64,000 nt of DNA from contig NC_043007.1 of NCBI RefSeq assembly GCF_006345805.1, positions 27,032,001-27,096,000 on the forward strand. The letters are read 5' to 3'. Of the stretch, positions 41,856 to 54,841 are shown piece after piece; position 1 is the first letter of the stretch, and each line of letters begins with the position of its first letter. Under the pieces are notes generated by a model. It was not told where the DNA came from. It did not search any database and was given only the letters and a program-made list of their open reading frames with translations. The DNA comes from Octopus sinensis (taxonomy: Eukaryota). The translations under genes and the position numbers were made by a program.

Positions 41856-41938
41856 TCATTATTATTATTATTATTATCATCATCACCATCATCATCATCA
41901 TCACCACCACCACCACCACCATCACCACCACCACCATC

Positions 41939-41971
<33 letters not shown>

Positions 41972-42479
41972 GTCGTCGTCGTCGTCGTTGTCATCATCAT
42001 CATCATCATCATCATTACCAAATATAATAATGAAAATATCTATGTCCACGCATAAGCGATTAACACCTTGTTATATATACATAACTGAATTACACAAGAT
42101 TATATTTTGTAGGAGCGATCTGAGGGATGGTAGGCCTCTTATTTCTAACAGATCGATGAGATGTTATTGAAATTCTTTCATTTGCTACAATCGTTAGTTT
42201 TATTATCCAACTTCATCGTAGACTGGATCCCAGTGTGGCCATTTCGTCGTTTAATTCACCTGGATTATATATTCCAGGTGTTCTTTTTCGTTGTTTTGTT
42301 AGAAGGAATGATGTCCTTTAAAGGAAATTTGGATCGCAGTCACTTTGAAAATGAACGTCATCGAAGAAATTCTTGCATTGGCGCGAAATCGCAACAGCTG
42401 AATAGCGCGTGCCTCGGTAGAATATTGGAACTGGAATTTAATCGTCTTTAGCGACACAAAATCGGATAAAATTTAATGG

Positions 42480-42840
42480 TTTCAAATTTTGGCACAAGGC
42501 CAGAAATTGGGAGGAAGGGGATAATTCGATTACATCCATTGCTCAGCTGGTACTCATTTTATCGATCACAGGAGGATAAAAGGCAAAGACATCCTCGGCG
42601 GAATTTGAACTCAGGACGTGAAAATGGACAAAATGCTCGTTGTGCTAACGAGTCTAATCCTATCTACTGTAGAGACAAGGCTTGACATTTGGAGTGGGGG
42701 TGTGGAAGCCAGTCGATTACAATCGCCCCCAGTGCACAACTGGTACTTAACTCAATGACCGCGAAGGGATGAACGGCAAAATCGATTCGGGAGAAATTTG
42801 AACTCAGAACTTGAACACAGACATGCCTCTAAGCATTTTA
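42480..42840 (-). mobile_element. Two diverged SINE family B units
   Basis: CTGGTACTCATTTTATCGATC...GGAATTTGAACTCAG, twice. Confidence 0.75.
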
Positions 42841-43398
42841 TTCGGAACAACAACAATAACAAAAACAACAACAGCAGCAGCAACAAGAGCAGCAGCAGCA
42901 ACAACAACGAATAAATAAATAAATTGATTAAAGAATGATTAAAATATGTGTTTGATTTTTACTATATAATACTTATGTATTTGATTATCTTAATCCAAAT
43001 GAAGCGAGTGGACAAGAGCTGGTGTATATCTATGGAACAGAACACCCTCCGTGTTCTTTCCGTCTATATTTTCGGTTCCAATACACATAGCTGGATGAAA
43101 ATATAATCCACAGAGGGCTGGGCTATGTAATTATAATCCAGATCACGTTCAAGAACTTGTCATCGTTGGTAGTCGTTGTTGTCAAAGACGTGCGCGCCAT
43201 TGTCGTCGTCGGTGACGTTGCCGCCATCGCCAATTACTTGCTTAAGCTTCAACTCGATTCTGTCTATGTATGTATATGTACATATATATGTGTGTGTGTG
43301 TGTGTGTGTATGTGTGCAGTGGGTGGGTGGGTGTGTATGTATGTGCGAAGAGGGTCCCTAGGTTTCATTGCACATGGGAGGAACAATTCAGTTGATGA

Positions 43399-43491
43399 GT
43401 AGGCGTGGCTGTGTGGTAAGAAGCTTGCTTATCAACCACATGGTTTCGGATTCAGTTCTACTGCCTGGCATCTTAGGCATGTGTCTTCTAC

Positions 43492-43532
<41 letters not shown>

Positions 43533-43764
43533 CTGTGTGTGTGTCTGTGTGTGATTCTTCGTATTTGTGTATATCTCCTCCCCATCCCCACTGACAACCG
43601 GTGTCGGTGTGTTTACGCCTCCGTAGCTTAGCGATTCGGTAAAAGAGTTCCGATGGGATAAGTAATAGCCTTTTAGAAAATAAACCCTGGAGTCGCTTTG
43701 TTCTTCAAGACGGTGCTTCGGCATGGCCACAGTCAAATGACTGAACCAAATAAAATAAACAAAA

Positions 43765-43765
<1 letters not shown>
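43399..43765 (+). mobile_element. SINE family A, full length
   Basis: Head GTAGGCGTGGCTGTGTGGTAAGAAGCTTGC, (TA)n(TG)n spacer, tail ...GACGGTGCTTCGGCATGGCCACAGTCAAATGACTGAA. Confidence 0.85.
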
Positions 43766-43816
<51 letters not shown>

Positions 43817-43843
43817 CTAATATATATACATATGCATATATAT

Positions 43844-43915
<72 letters not shown>

Positions 43916-44125
43916 TACATATTATATATACATATACATATACATATGCATACATATATATATATATATTTAACAGCTTTTTCCTACGGATTTCTTTAAT
44001 AGAGTAATGTACTTCGGTATTCATGATATTTATTCGGCTAAAAGTGGTGTTTACATTTCGGTACCCGATTCTTTGAATCCTTAATATTGCATATACATAC
44101 ATACATACATACGTACATACATACA

Positions 44126-44158
<33 letters not shown>

Positions 44159-44342
44159 GGTTGTGCGTCTGTGTGTGTGTTTATACATGAATATACATGT
44201 GTGTTTATACATGAAGATTTTGCTGCTAAAATCTATACCCTAAATCAGTTATGCTTCTACAAAACACAAAATATTTTAATTTTTGAATTCACTTTCAATA
44301 ATAATCGATTATAGAAATATTGAATGATTTTTTAAACGTATC

Positions 44343-44556
44343 TCGATATCGCGGTTCACCTATCGCGGTTTATTATTTAAGCTTACAACGATTCCTCCGT
44401 GGAGTTGTTTTTGCATTTATAATAAAATAAATATATACAAATTATAAAAATAATAAAAAAAAATATATACACAACAGTACTGTTCCCACTTCGCGGATCT
44501 TTCACCCATCGCATTGATTTTGGAACGTAACACCCGCGATAGTCGAGGGATAATTG
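44343..44556. mobile_element. Tigger/pogo-like MITE fragment
   Basis: End ...TTTGGAACGTAACACCCGCGATAGTCGAGGGATAATTG-TA resembles a Tigger-type terminus; repeated CACC(T/C)ATCGC(G) motifs. Confidence 0.55.
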
Positions 44557-44725
44557 TATATACTTTTAAACTTTTAAATCGGCAGAAACTAGCAAGAGAT
44601 ACGAAGTGAAAGCTTTTGTGGTCGCGCTCAACGTAAGATCGATTCACTTCTGCGTCACTTAACTAACTTTCTGCTGATTAAATAATATAACAAGTGTATA
44701 GAAAAACACGAAACACATACGCACG

Positions 44726-44781
<56 letters not shown>

Positions 44782-45080
44782 TACACACACATGAGTTTGT
44801 GTATATGTGTATATGTGTCTGTGTGTGTCTATATAGATCATATTGACGTTTGGGTTTATGCCGAGTTATAAATGCATAATTTTACAGTAAATTTTGGAAT
44901 TACTCAATATTTTTTAGAGTACACATTTATCACGCTTTTAGAAGACAGTAACTTCGAAGTCCCGGCCTGCTTGCTTTTGTCGGTCTGGATAACTGGGCGA
45001 AACTTCGAAATCTCTACCACCATTCTATTTGGAAAACAGTATTATGTGTGTGCGTGTATGTGCATAAAGAGATGTATACA

Positions 45081-45512
45081 GGCACAGGAGTGGATGTGTG
45101 GTAAGAAGCTTGCTTCCCAACCACACGGCTCTAGGTTCAATTCCACTGCGTGGTCCCTTAGGCAAATATCTTCTACTATAGCCTCGGACCGACCCCATCC
45201 TTGTGAATGGATTTGGAAGAAGGAAACTGGAAGAAGCCCGTCGCTTATATATAAAGTGTATATGTATATGTGTAAATATGTATGTCTTTGTGTGTGTCGG
45301 TGTTTTTTCTCTCCATCATCGCTTGACAACCGACGTGGCTGTGTTTACGTCCGTGTAACTTAGCAGTTCGGCAAAAGAGCCTGATAGAATAAATACTAGG
45401 CTTGCAAAGAATAAGTCCTGGGGTTCGATTTGTTCGACTAAAATAAAAGGTGATGCTCCAACATGGCCGCAGTCAAACGACTGTAACAAGTCAAATAAGA
45501 AAGTGAATAAAA
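45081..45512 (+). mobile_element. SINE family A, full length
   Basis: Head, short (TG) spacer and tail as in the other copies. Confidence 0.85.
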
Positions 45513-46059
45513 GAATATAGCGCGTGTATGAGAACGAACCGGAATCAGCAGATTATCGATGCCAATGAAACCGGATCCAACGTTAAGTTCACATCTACAA
45601 CCGACACGATCATCATAGCGAAAAGAAGCAACGATGACAAACAAAGGAACGGCAATAAGAACGAATTCAAGAGAAGACGACAACGACGGTAATGGCGGCG
45701 GCCTCGGCGACGACGACGGCAAGAGCAGAATCACAATTGATATGAAATCCAAGACCATTCTGAAAGAGTTCAAAACTCATTCGGCCCAACTATCGCATCT
45801 GGCAATCGCACTTTAACACGATTAGTAATTACTAATATATATTATATTTTTCTAGTGTAATCCCCCTCAAATTCAGCCGGGGATATATATGTGTGTGTAT
45901 GTGTGTTTGTGTGTGTGTATGTAATATATATATATATATATATAATACATGTAAGAGAGAGAGAGGCTGACGTACGGGCAGATATTCATACAAATCTATT
46001 GATAGATAAATAGACAGACAGGCAGACAAATATAGAGATAGATAGATAGATAGATCGAT

Positions 46060-46159
46060 NNNNNNNNNNNNNNNNNNNNNNNNNNNNNNNNNNNNNNNNN
46101 NNNNNNNNNNNNNNNNNNNNNNNNNNNNNNNNNNNNNNNNNNNNNNNNNNNNNNNNNNN
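46060..46159. other. Assembly gap (100 N)
   Basis: Run of N. Confidence 1.
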
Positions 46160-46735
46160 TGGCCCCAGCATGGCCGCAGTCCATTGACAGAAACTAGTAA
46201 AAGAACGAAATATATACAACATCGGTTGTGATGGTGCTGCTAATAACATCGGAGTAATAATTGTTGTTAGTTCCGTCAGAATGTGAGGCTGCTTATTCTT
46301 GTGATGGTGGCGGATGTTGTGTGGTATGAGACTAGTAGTCGCTCTTGTTCGTGTTGTTATGACGGTTTCCTCACGTGTGCTGCTGCTGCTGCTCTTGCGT
46401 CGCCGCTGCCTGTGTTCGTGGCGGTGGCGGTAGAGGTGTCGCTGAAAATCTCGTTGTTTATGTTGATATAAACGTTGTGCAACGGGCGGTGGCCTTGCTG
46501 GCGGTGGTGGCGGTGATATTTACTTATTAGTCAATGGCCATGCTGGAGCACCGGTTTGGAGAATTATTAGTCGAATGAATCGGCTACAGTACTTCCTTTT
46601 TTAAATCCGACACTTATTCTATCGAGATCTTAGGCCGAACCGCTAAGTTAAGCGGACATAAACACACCGGTTGTCAAGCGATGGTGGGGTGGGGGGACAA
46701 ACACACACACACACAAATACATACACATATATATG

Positions 46736-46793
<58 letters not shown>

Positions 46794-46837
46794 TATTTAT
46801 ATAGATATACATACATACATATGTATATATATATTAT

Positions 46838-46927
<90 letters not shown>

Positions 46928-47247
46928 ACATACACCCATACGACACACATATATATATACGGTGACAACCCTGTCTTTTTTGTACTTCGTACAATCGCTC
47001 TTGGTGTGTTTACCCAATGTGTCATCGGAACCTTTAGGGCGTCGCACAAAAAAAAAAAGCTTACCAGTTCTTCAGGCTTTGTTTTTCGTTTTGAGTTCAA
47101 ATCGCATCGAGGTAATCTTTACCTTTCAACCATTCAAGGTCTATGAAACTACGTAGCAGTCAAGTACTGGGGGTAGATATAATCAATTTGCACCCCCAAT
47201 CAGAAACAAAAGAATAAAAAAAACTGCCGGTGTTCTCCCAGAATACG

Positions 47248-47284
<37 letters not shown>

Positions 47285-47320
47285 TCATCATCATCATCAT
47301 CATTATTATTATTATTATTA

Positions 47321-47364
<44 letters not shown>

Positions 47365-47465
47365 GTAGTAGTAGTAGTAGTAGTAGTAGTAATAGTAGTA
47401 GCATAGTAGTAGTAGCAGTAGTAATAGTAGTAGCAGTAGTAGTAGTAGTAGTAATAGTAGTAGTA

Positions 47466-47860
47466 GCGGGCTGGCAGAATCGTTAGCGCACCGGGATAAT
47501 GCTTAGCGGCGTTTCGTCTGTCTTTATGTTCTGCGTTCAAATTCCACCGAGGTCGACTTTGCCTTTCATCCTTTGAGGGTCGATTAAATAAGTACCAGTT
47601 ACTCACTGGGGACGATGTAATCGACTTAATCCGTTTGTCTGTCCTTGTTTGTCTTCTCTGTGTTTAAGCCCTTGTGGGTAGTAAAGAAATAGGTATTTCG
47701 TCTGTATTTACGTTCTGAATTCCAAAACCGCTGACGTCCACTTTACCTTTCATCTTTTCAGGGTCGATAAACTAAGTTCCAGTGAAACACTGGTGTGGGT
47801 GGGGGTCAATGAAATCGACTTATCCCCTCCGCCAAATGGCTACCCTTGTGGCCAAATAAT
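47466..47860 (+). mobile_element. SINE family B dimer
   Basis: GCGGGCTGGCAGAATCGTTAGC head, full unit to AAAGAAATAGG, then a 5'-truncated second unit starting TATTTCGTCTG. Confidence 0.85.
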
Positions 47861-48179
47861 CATCATCATCATTATCATCATCATCATCATTTTTATTATT
47901 ATTATTATCATTATTGCTGTTGTTGTTGTTGTTGTTGTTATTGTTATTATTATTTGATTTTGATGCAGCGGTGATGTTCTTTTTTCGGTTATTTAAAAAA
48001 AATTATCGAAATACATTTGGCTGCTATTTCTAGCAGCTCAATGTACATATGTAAGAAACTTCTTCATCGCCTCGTGTTCATGTTTATGTAAGTATGGAAG
48101 GTGTAGCGAATGTTGTGATTCCTGGCTTTGCTGCTTTTAATGTTTATGAACTTGGTTCGACATGGTAATAGCTGTGTAG

Positions 48180-49920
48180 TTGCAAATGTCGTTATTCGTT
48201 GCTTTTGTTAACGTTAGTACGAGCAGAGCAATAGCAGCGTGGCGTTGTTGCTAATATTGCTATCGCTGGTTTTGTTTGTATTCCTTTGAAGCTAGTGTCA
48301 GCTGTGTGATGGCATTGCTAACGTAATTACGTATTTTGTTTATATCGGAATGAAAGCAATGTTGGCGGTGAGGTGTCGCTGCTGACATCGTTTTTGTTGA
48401 TGCGAAGGTGGTGTTGGCGATGTGGCCTCGTTGCTAATATCTTCATCGCTGGTTTTGTTTATTTTCTTTTGAAAGTTGTGTTAGCCTTCAGATGTTGTTG
48501 CTAATGGTGTAATTTAACTATTTTGCTTATATCAGGATAAAGGAAATGTTGGCGGTGAGGTGTTGCTGCTTATTTTGATATCCCTGGAGATTACAATCTC
48601 CAAGGATACAGGCATCCAGCAACAGGACCTCCGTAATGCCATGATGGACCGTGAAGACTGGCGTAGCATGGTAAATTCCATTGTCTCGACCACGGTCGAA
48701 CAATGATGATGATGATGATTTTGCTATGAAGGTGGTGTTGGCGATGTGGCCTCGTTGCTAATATCTTCATCACTGGTTTTATTTGTTTCCTTTTGAAGGT
48801 TGTGTTAGCCTTCGGATGTTGTTGCTAATGGTGTAATTAGTTATTTTGTTTATATCAGAATGAAAATAGTGTTGGTGGTGAGGTTTTGCTGCTAACGTTA
48901 TCATTGTGGTTTCGTTCATGCTGATATGAAGCGATGTGGTGCTAGGGATGTGGTGTCGTTGCTAATATCGTCACCCCTCGTCCTGTTTATGCTCATTTGG
49001 AAGTAGTGTTAGCATTGAGATGTTGTTGCTAATGGTGTAATTTAATTATTTTGCTTATATCAGAATAAATGTAATGTTGGCGGTGAGGTGTCGCTGTTTA
49101 TGTTGATGTGAAGGTGGTGTTGGCGACGTGGTGTCGTTGCTAATATCTTTATCGCTGGTTTTATTTGTTTTCTTTTGAAAGTTGTGTTAGCCCTCAGATG
49201 TTGTTGCTAATGGTGTAATATCAGAAGGAAAATAGTGTTGGTGGTGAGGTGGCGCTGCAAGCATTATCATTGCTGGTTTCGTTTATGCTGATATGAAGCG
49301 ATGTGGTGCTAGCGATGTGATGTTGCTAATGGTGTAATTAATTATTTTGCTTATATCAGAATAAATGTAATATTAACGGTGAGGTGTCGCTGTTTATGTT
49401 GATATGAACGTGCAGTTGGTGATGTGAGGCTGTTGCTAATCGCTGGTTTATTTATGTTCCTTTGAGAGAAGTTTTAGCCTTGAGATGTTGCTAATTGTGT
49501 AATTAGTTATTTAGTTTATATCGGGAAGAATGTAATGTTGTTGGTGAGATGTCACTGTTTATGTTGGTATGAAGGTGGTGTTGGCGATGTGGTGTTGTTG
49601 CTAATATCTTAATTACTGTTTTTCTTTTGTTTGTTTGGTAGTAGTGTTAGCCTTCAGGTGTTGTGGCTAATGGTGTAATTAGTTATTTTGTTTGCATAAG
49701 AATGAAAATAATGTTGCCAGTGAGGTGTCGCTGCTTGTACTATAATTGCTGGTTTCGTTTATCTTGATATGAAGGTGCTGTTGGTGATGTGGCGTTGTTG
49801 CTAACATCTTCAACGCTGGTTTTATTCCTGTTCCTTTAAAAGTTGCGTTAGCATTTAGATATTGTTGCTTAAGTTGTAACTGTTTCTTTCGTTTATATCG
49901 GAATAAAATTAGTATTGATT
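48180..49920. repeat. Degenerate satellite, unit about 170-205 bp, about 9 copies
   Basis: Anchor GATGTTGTTGCTAATGGTGTAAT or variants at about 48491, 48815, 49019, 49197, 49314, 49484, 49657, 49858. Confidence 0.85.
48578..48718 (+). mobile_element. RTE-type LINE 3' end inserted in the satellite
   Basis: ISKDTGIQQQDLRNAMMDREDWRSMVNSIVSTTVEQ* then (GAT)n; DR..WR motif; possible TSD ATTTTG(A/C)T. Confidence 0.8.
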
Positions 49921-49949
49921 GCGATCTCACTGTTGTGCTGCCACTAATA

Positions 49950-50100
49950 CAGGGCGTTCACAAAGTCTCTTCGCTGTAAGTATTTAATGGTTTTCGGGTG
50001 ATTCTTGTACACTGGGCCTTTACTTACACCCTCTAAAAAAAAAAAAACTGGCGGAGTGAAATCAGGTGATCTTGGTGGCCAAAGTCCCTTTGAACCTATT
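49950..50100 (-). mobile_element. Tc1-like transposase C-terminal fragment with terminal repeat
   Basis: WPPRSPDFTPPVFFFLEGVSKGPVYKNHPKTI; TA-CAGGGCGTTCACAAAGTC terminus at 49948. Confidence 0.75.
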
Positions 50101-50103
50101 AGA

Positions 50104-50528
50104 GGCGCAGGCGTGGCTGTGTAGTAAGTAGCTTGCTTCCTAAACACAAGGTTCTGGGTTCAGTCCCACAACGTCGCACCTTGGGCAGGTGTCTTCTGCT
50201 ACAGCCCAGGGCCGACCAGAAACTTGTGAATGGACTTGGTAGGCGGAAACTGAAAGAAGCCCGTTGTATGTATATATATATATACATATTTAAGTGCGCG
50301 CGCGCGCGTGTGTGTGTGAGTGTGTGTGTGTATTTTGTGTATTTGCGTTTGTACCCCCACCATCGCTTGACAACCGATGCTGGTATGTTTATTTCCCCGT
50401 AAGTTAGCGGTTCGGCAAAAAGAAGTGGATAAAATAAGTACTAGTCTAGCAAAGAATAAGTCGGTTTGTTCGACTAAAGGCAGTGTTCCAGCATAGCCAT
50501 TGTCAAATGACTGAAACAAATACAAGAA
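50104..50528 (+). mobile_element. SINE family A, full length
   Basis: Head GGCGCAGGCGTGGCTGTGTAGTAAGTAGC, internal (TA)(CG)(TG) spacer, tail. Confidence 0.85.
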
Positions 50529-51317
50529 TATATATATATATATATATACATATATATGATGTTGCTATTTACTGGCTGTAGGGCGTTGTTGCTAATGTTT
50601 CATCTGTTGATTTTGTTTATGTTGCTACGAAGGTGGTGTGATGTGTTAGCAGCATGCTAAACGTGCTTCGGTACCGGTGTTGTGTACGTTGTGGTATAAT
50701 TAATGTTGTTGCTATTGACGTTGAACATCTTTAGTACCAGACCAGCTCTAAAAAAGGGAGCATACCTATGCTGTAAGATATTTCAACCGTGACTATTCCA
50801 TCGTTCTTCCTACTTATAATAAGTCCATGGCTATTTTATACAATGTGGCATTTTCTAAGATGTTGGGGTGTCATTGGAAGTGCAATTTGGCAAATCTCGC
50901 TCTCAGGTAGACTATTCCCATCGCTCGCAACTAACGTCCGTTGTTTTTCTCATTTCTAATGTTGTGGCTGGTGATTTTGTATTTGTTGTTTGTGTATATA
51001 TGAAAGCAGCCTCACGTGCAATGTTGATGGTGATGCTAGTGATACCGTTGCTAATGCTGTTGCTAATATTTATTTATATTTATTTGTGAACATAATGCTA
51101 CGTGTGGTACCGGTGGACTAGTCATTGCAAATATGCCAATATGCCAATATAAGCGGTGTTTTTACAAACATTGGAATTGCATTTCTGGGTTTTGGTTGAG
51201 AGAATGCCATTTGTTAGCGGTAGTATCGTTGCTAATGTGGCAGTCGATGGTCTTCTTTCGGTGATATGACGGTGGTATCGGTGGTGATAGCAGCGTGGAA
51301 CTATTACTAATGATAAA

Positions 51318-51530
51318 AAGGCGGACAGATGGCTGAATCGTTAGCGCGCCGGATGAAATGCTTAGCAGTATTTCGCCCGCCGTTACGTTCTGAATTCAAA
51401 TTCCGCTGAGGTCGAGTTTGCCTTTCATCCTATCGGGGTCGACAAATTCAGTACCAGTGAATTACTGGGGATCGATGTCATCGACTAGACCCCTTCCGGA
51501 AAGTCTACTAATCCTTTAGTAGAAAGGATT
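51318..51530 (+). mobile_element. SINE family B
   Basis: AAGGCGGACAGATGGCTGAATCGTTAGCGCGCCGG...GCCTTTCATCCTATCGGGGTCGAC. Confidence 0.85.
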
Positions 51531-51544
51531 AATGCTAACGATAT

Positions 51545-52215
51545 GGAAGAAGAAGATGGTGATGATGATAAAGAAGAGGAGGGAGAAGGAGATGAAGAAG
51601 AAGAAGGTGAGGAAGGAGAAGGAGATGGTGATGATGATAAAGAAGGGGAGGAAGAAGAAGAAGGAAAGAAGGAGAAGAAGGAAAGAAGGAGAAGAAGGAA
51701 AGAAGGAGAAGAAGAAGATAGTGATGATGATAAAGAAGAAGAAAAAGAAGATGATGATGATGATAAAGAAGAGGAGGAAGAAGAAGAAGAAGAAGAAGAA
51801 GATGAAGAAGAAGAAGATGAAGATAGTGATGATGATAAATAAGAGGAGGAGGAGGAAGAAGTAGAAGGAGAAGTAGAAGAAAAAAGAAGAAGAAGAAGAA
51901 GAAGAAGAAGAAGAAGAAGAAGAAGAAGAAGAGGAAGATAGTGATGATGATAAATAAGAGGAGGAGGAGGAAGAAGAAGAAGAAGAAGAAGAAGTAGGAG
52001 AAAAAAAAAGAAGAAGGAGGTGGAGGAGGAGAAGAAGGAGATAGTGATGATGATAAAGAAGAGCACGAAAAAGAAAAAGAAGGAGGAGAAGAAGTAGAAG
52101 AAGAAGGAGGAGGAGGAGGAGGGGAAATGAGGAGGAGAAGGGGAAATGAGGAGGAGAAGAACAAAAAGAATAAGACGAAATAGATGATAAAGAAGATGAT
52201 GATGATGATGATGAT
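51545..52215. repeat. (GAA/GAG)n polypurine tract with recurring GATAGTGATGATGATAAA
   Basis: Direct inspection. Confidence 0.9.
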
Positions 52216-52479
52216 CATGATAAAGAAGAAAAAACGATGCTGATGATGGTAGTGATAATGATGTTAGTAGTAGTGGTACCACTCACCTTACTACCATCAG
52301 TATGGTGCCGGTAGCGGCGTGTATGTTTGTGGTAGTGACCAACACCAGTAATAGTAGTAGTAGTGAAAGTGTGGCAGCCAATCAGAAGTTGGTATTGTCT
52401 TTCATTGTTGTTGCTGCAGTTGTTATTGCTGTTGTTGTTGTTGTTGTTGTTATTGCTTTTGTTGATCTTGTGTAGTCGC

Positions 52480-52850
52480 AGGTCAATCACTGATCGGTTG
52501 GTGAATTTGCTAGTGGTGTTGGTAATGGTGGTGGTGGTGGTGGTGATGATGATGATGGTGGTGATGGTGATAGTGGCGATGATGATGACGATGGTGATGG
52601 TGTGAATGTGGTGATAGTGGTGGTGGTGTTGCTGCTGATGATGGCGGTGGTTGTGATTGTTACAGTGGTGGTGGTGGTGGTGGCGGTGGCGATTGCGGTG
52701 GTCATTCTGGCTATTGTGGTTATTGCGATGGTGGTGTGGTGTTGGTGGTGATGGCGGCGGGTGGTGGTAGTGATGATCGTGGTGTTGGTGATTGTTGCAG
52801 TGGTGGTAATGAAGGATGGTTGTGGTGGTGGTGGTGTTGGTGTGTCTGAG
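52480..52850. repeat. (GGT/GAT)n degenerate trinucleotide tract
   Basis: Direct inspection. Confidence 0.85.
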
Positions 52851-52869
52851 GTGAATGTGCTTTTGTGAT

Positions 52870-53120
52870 GCTCCTAGAACTGTGCCTCATCGCCAGATTC
52901 CGGTTTCATTTCCTGAACCATGCAGTGTATCATATTCTTGAGCGGGACTCTTCATTTCACCTTGCCCAGTCCGCTCAGCTGTAAATAAGTAACTCTGTAA
53001 CGGGTTCGGCATCGATTCGGGATGAACGTTGGGATCTCGGTTACTTATAACCAGGAGAAACCGGGTAACCGACCCTACGTGTCTTAATACTCGAAACAAT
53101 AAGTCCCGCCGATGATGATA

Positions 53121-53173
<53 letters not shown>

Positions 53174-53332
53174 GATGATGTAGATGAAGATGATGATGAT
53201 GATGGCGATGATGATGATGGCGTTGATGATGATGAGGATGATGAAGATGAAGATGATGATGATGATGATGATGACGATGAATATGATGATGATGATGATG
53301 GCGATGATGATGATGATGATGTTGATGATGGC

Positions 53333-53365
<33 letters not shown>

Positions 53366-53470
53366 AATGGTGGCGATGATGATGATGATGATGATGATGG
53401 TGGCGATGATGATGATGATGAGGATGATGAAGATGATAATAGCAATGATGATGATGACGATGGCAATAAG
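52870..53470 (+). mobile_element. SINE related to family D with an expanded (GAT)n tail
   Basis: CTTCATTTCACCTTGCCCAGTCCGCTCAGCTGTAAATAAGTAAC is homologous to the family D core; runs into (GAT)n from about 53111. Confidence 0.55.
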
Positions 53471-53885
53471 GATGATGATTGAAGTTTCGGTGGTGGTAAT
53501 GTGGTTGATGTGATTCTGGTAGTTTAGTGATAGTATTGGCGGTAGTGTTGTGGGGCGTGGCTTAGTGGCTTGGGGTTTTGGACTCATGATCGTAAGATTG
53601 TGGTTTCGACTACTCATTTCTTATCAGCTGAGTGGAAATGGGGGACGCAGTGATGCCGTCGAGAGATAGGTCCCGAAACGGCGCGCATTTTCCCCTGATG
53701 ACCCCATACACTTGCTGGCTTCCAGTATTCTGATTTCTCGACTTGTAGCACTTGCGTGTACATGTTGTTTGCAAACCATTCTGTATTAGTAAACAATTAC
53801 CAGCCCTGCATTTTTAAGAACACACGTGTATATACACTGAATCTAAATGCCTACTTATTTAACATAAGAATAAAAAAATAAATAC

Positions 53886-54134
53886 ATGCGCCCTTTTAAA
53901 GCCTAGCCAGATTCATGGACCCGGTTATCCCGGTTTCTATGGCGTATGTGTTCCCCAGTCGGACGGGACGCAAGTCCATCGCAGCGTTGCTCCTTTTTGC
54001 CAGCTGAGTGGACTGGAGCAACGTGAAATGAAGTGCTTTACTCAAGAACACAACGCGTCGCCCGGTCCAGGAATCGCAACCACAACCTTATGGTCATGAT
54101 GCTGACACCCTAACCACTACGCCACGCGCCTCCA
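53886..54134 (-). mobile_element. SINE family D
   Basis: Highly similar to 9917-10160. Confidence 0.9.
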
Positions 54135-54600
54135 GTACTTATTTAACATACTGTATGTTAAATAAGCATGCTCTTTGAAATAAATCCTGCGAAAAACCAC
54201 AAAGCAACAGTTGGTGTTTGCTCTCGTTCAACTAATTTTGCCTTTCTTATGTTTCATTATATCTCTTGCGTCATCTCTCGACTAGGAGTAATTATATATC
54301 TTCTTCAGAGACATGTAAACAAAGCCAAGTGCAATGTTTTTAACAAGCGTGTATTTAGACTGGTTGGTGAAGTATTATCTGTTGTTGAATCGAAGCTCAT
54401 GCAGTTTATCAACAGGTTAAACATCAAGACTAAATATACGTCGTAGCGTTAATACTGTTGTATCTTTAACTTAAGGAATCCTCCACGCTTTCTGTTAAAA
54501 GTGGGTGTTTTACATTTCGAGCGCTAAGCGAAACCCGACGCATTTTGATTAAAGATGGTGAGGAGAAAAGCATACACTTGTAAATTATCGTTGTTATATA

Positions 54601-54841
54601 TATTTCTTTACTACCCACAAGGGGCTAAACACAGAGGGGACAAACAAGGACAAACAAGGACAGACAAAGGGATTAAGTCGACTACACCGACCCCAGTGCG
54701 TAACTGGTACTTAATTTATCGACCCCGAAAGGATGAAAAGCAAAGTCGACCTCGGCGGAATTTGAACTCGGAACGTAACGACAGACGAAATACGGCTGCG
54801 AATTTCGCCCGGCGTGCTAACGTTTCTACCAGCTCGCCGTT
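54601..54841 (-). mobile_element. SINE family B, full length, young
   Basis: Close to the consensus of the other copies over head, core and tail. Confidence 0.9.

Noticed and set aside
45528-45816. Protein-looking short ORFs (MRTNRNQQ..., MTNKGTAI...)
   Set aside because: Derived from decayed (AAC/GAC)n trinucleotide sequence; no homology recognised.
51543-51842. 99-aa acidic ORF with DSDDDK repeats
   Set aside because: Lies wholly in a (GAA/GAT)n tract; the same unit continues downstream with in-frame stops.
53660-53710. CCCGAAAC...CTGATGA as a type II hammerhead
   Set aside because: Stem II strands (TCCC and CCCC) are not complementary and there is no valid stem III.
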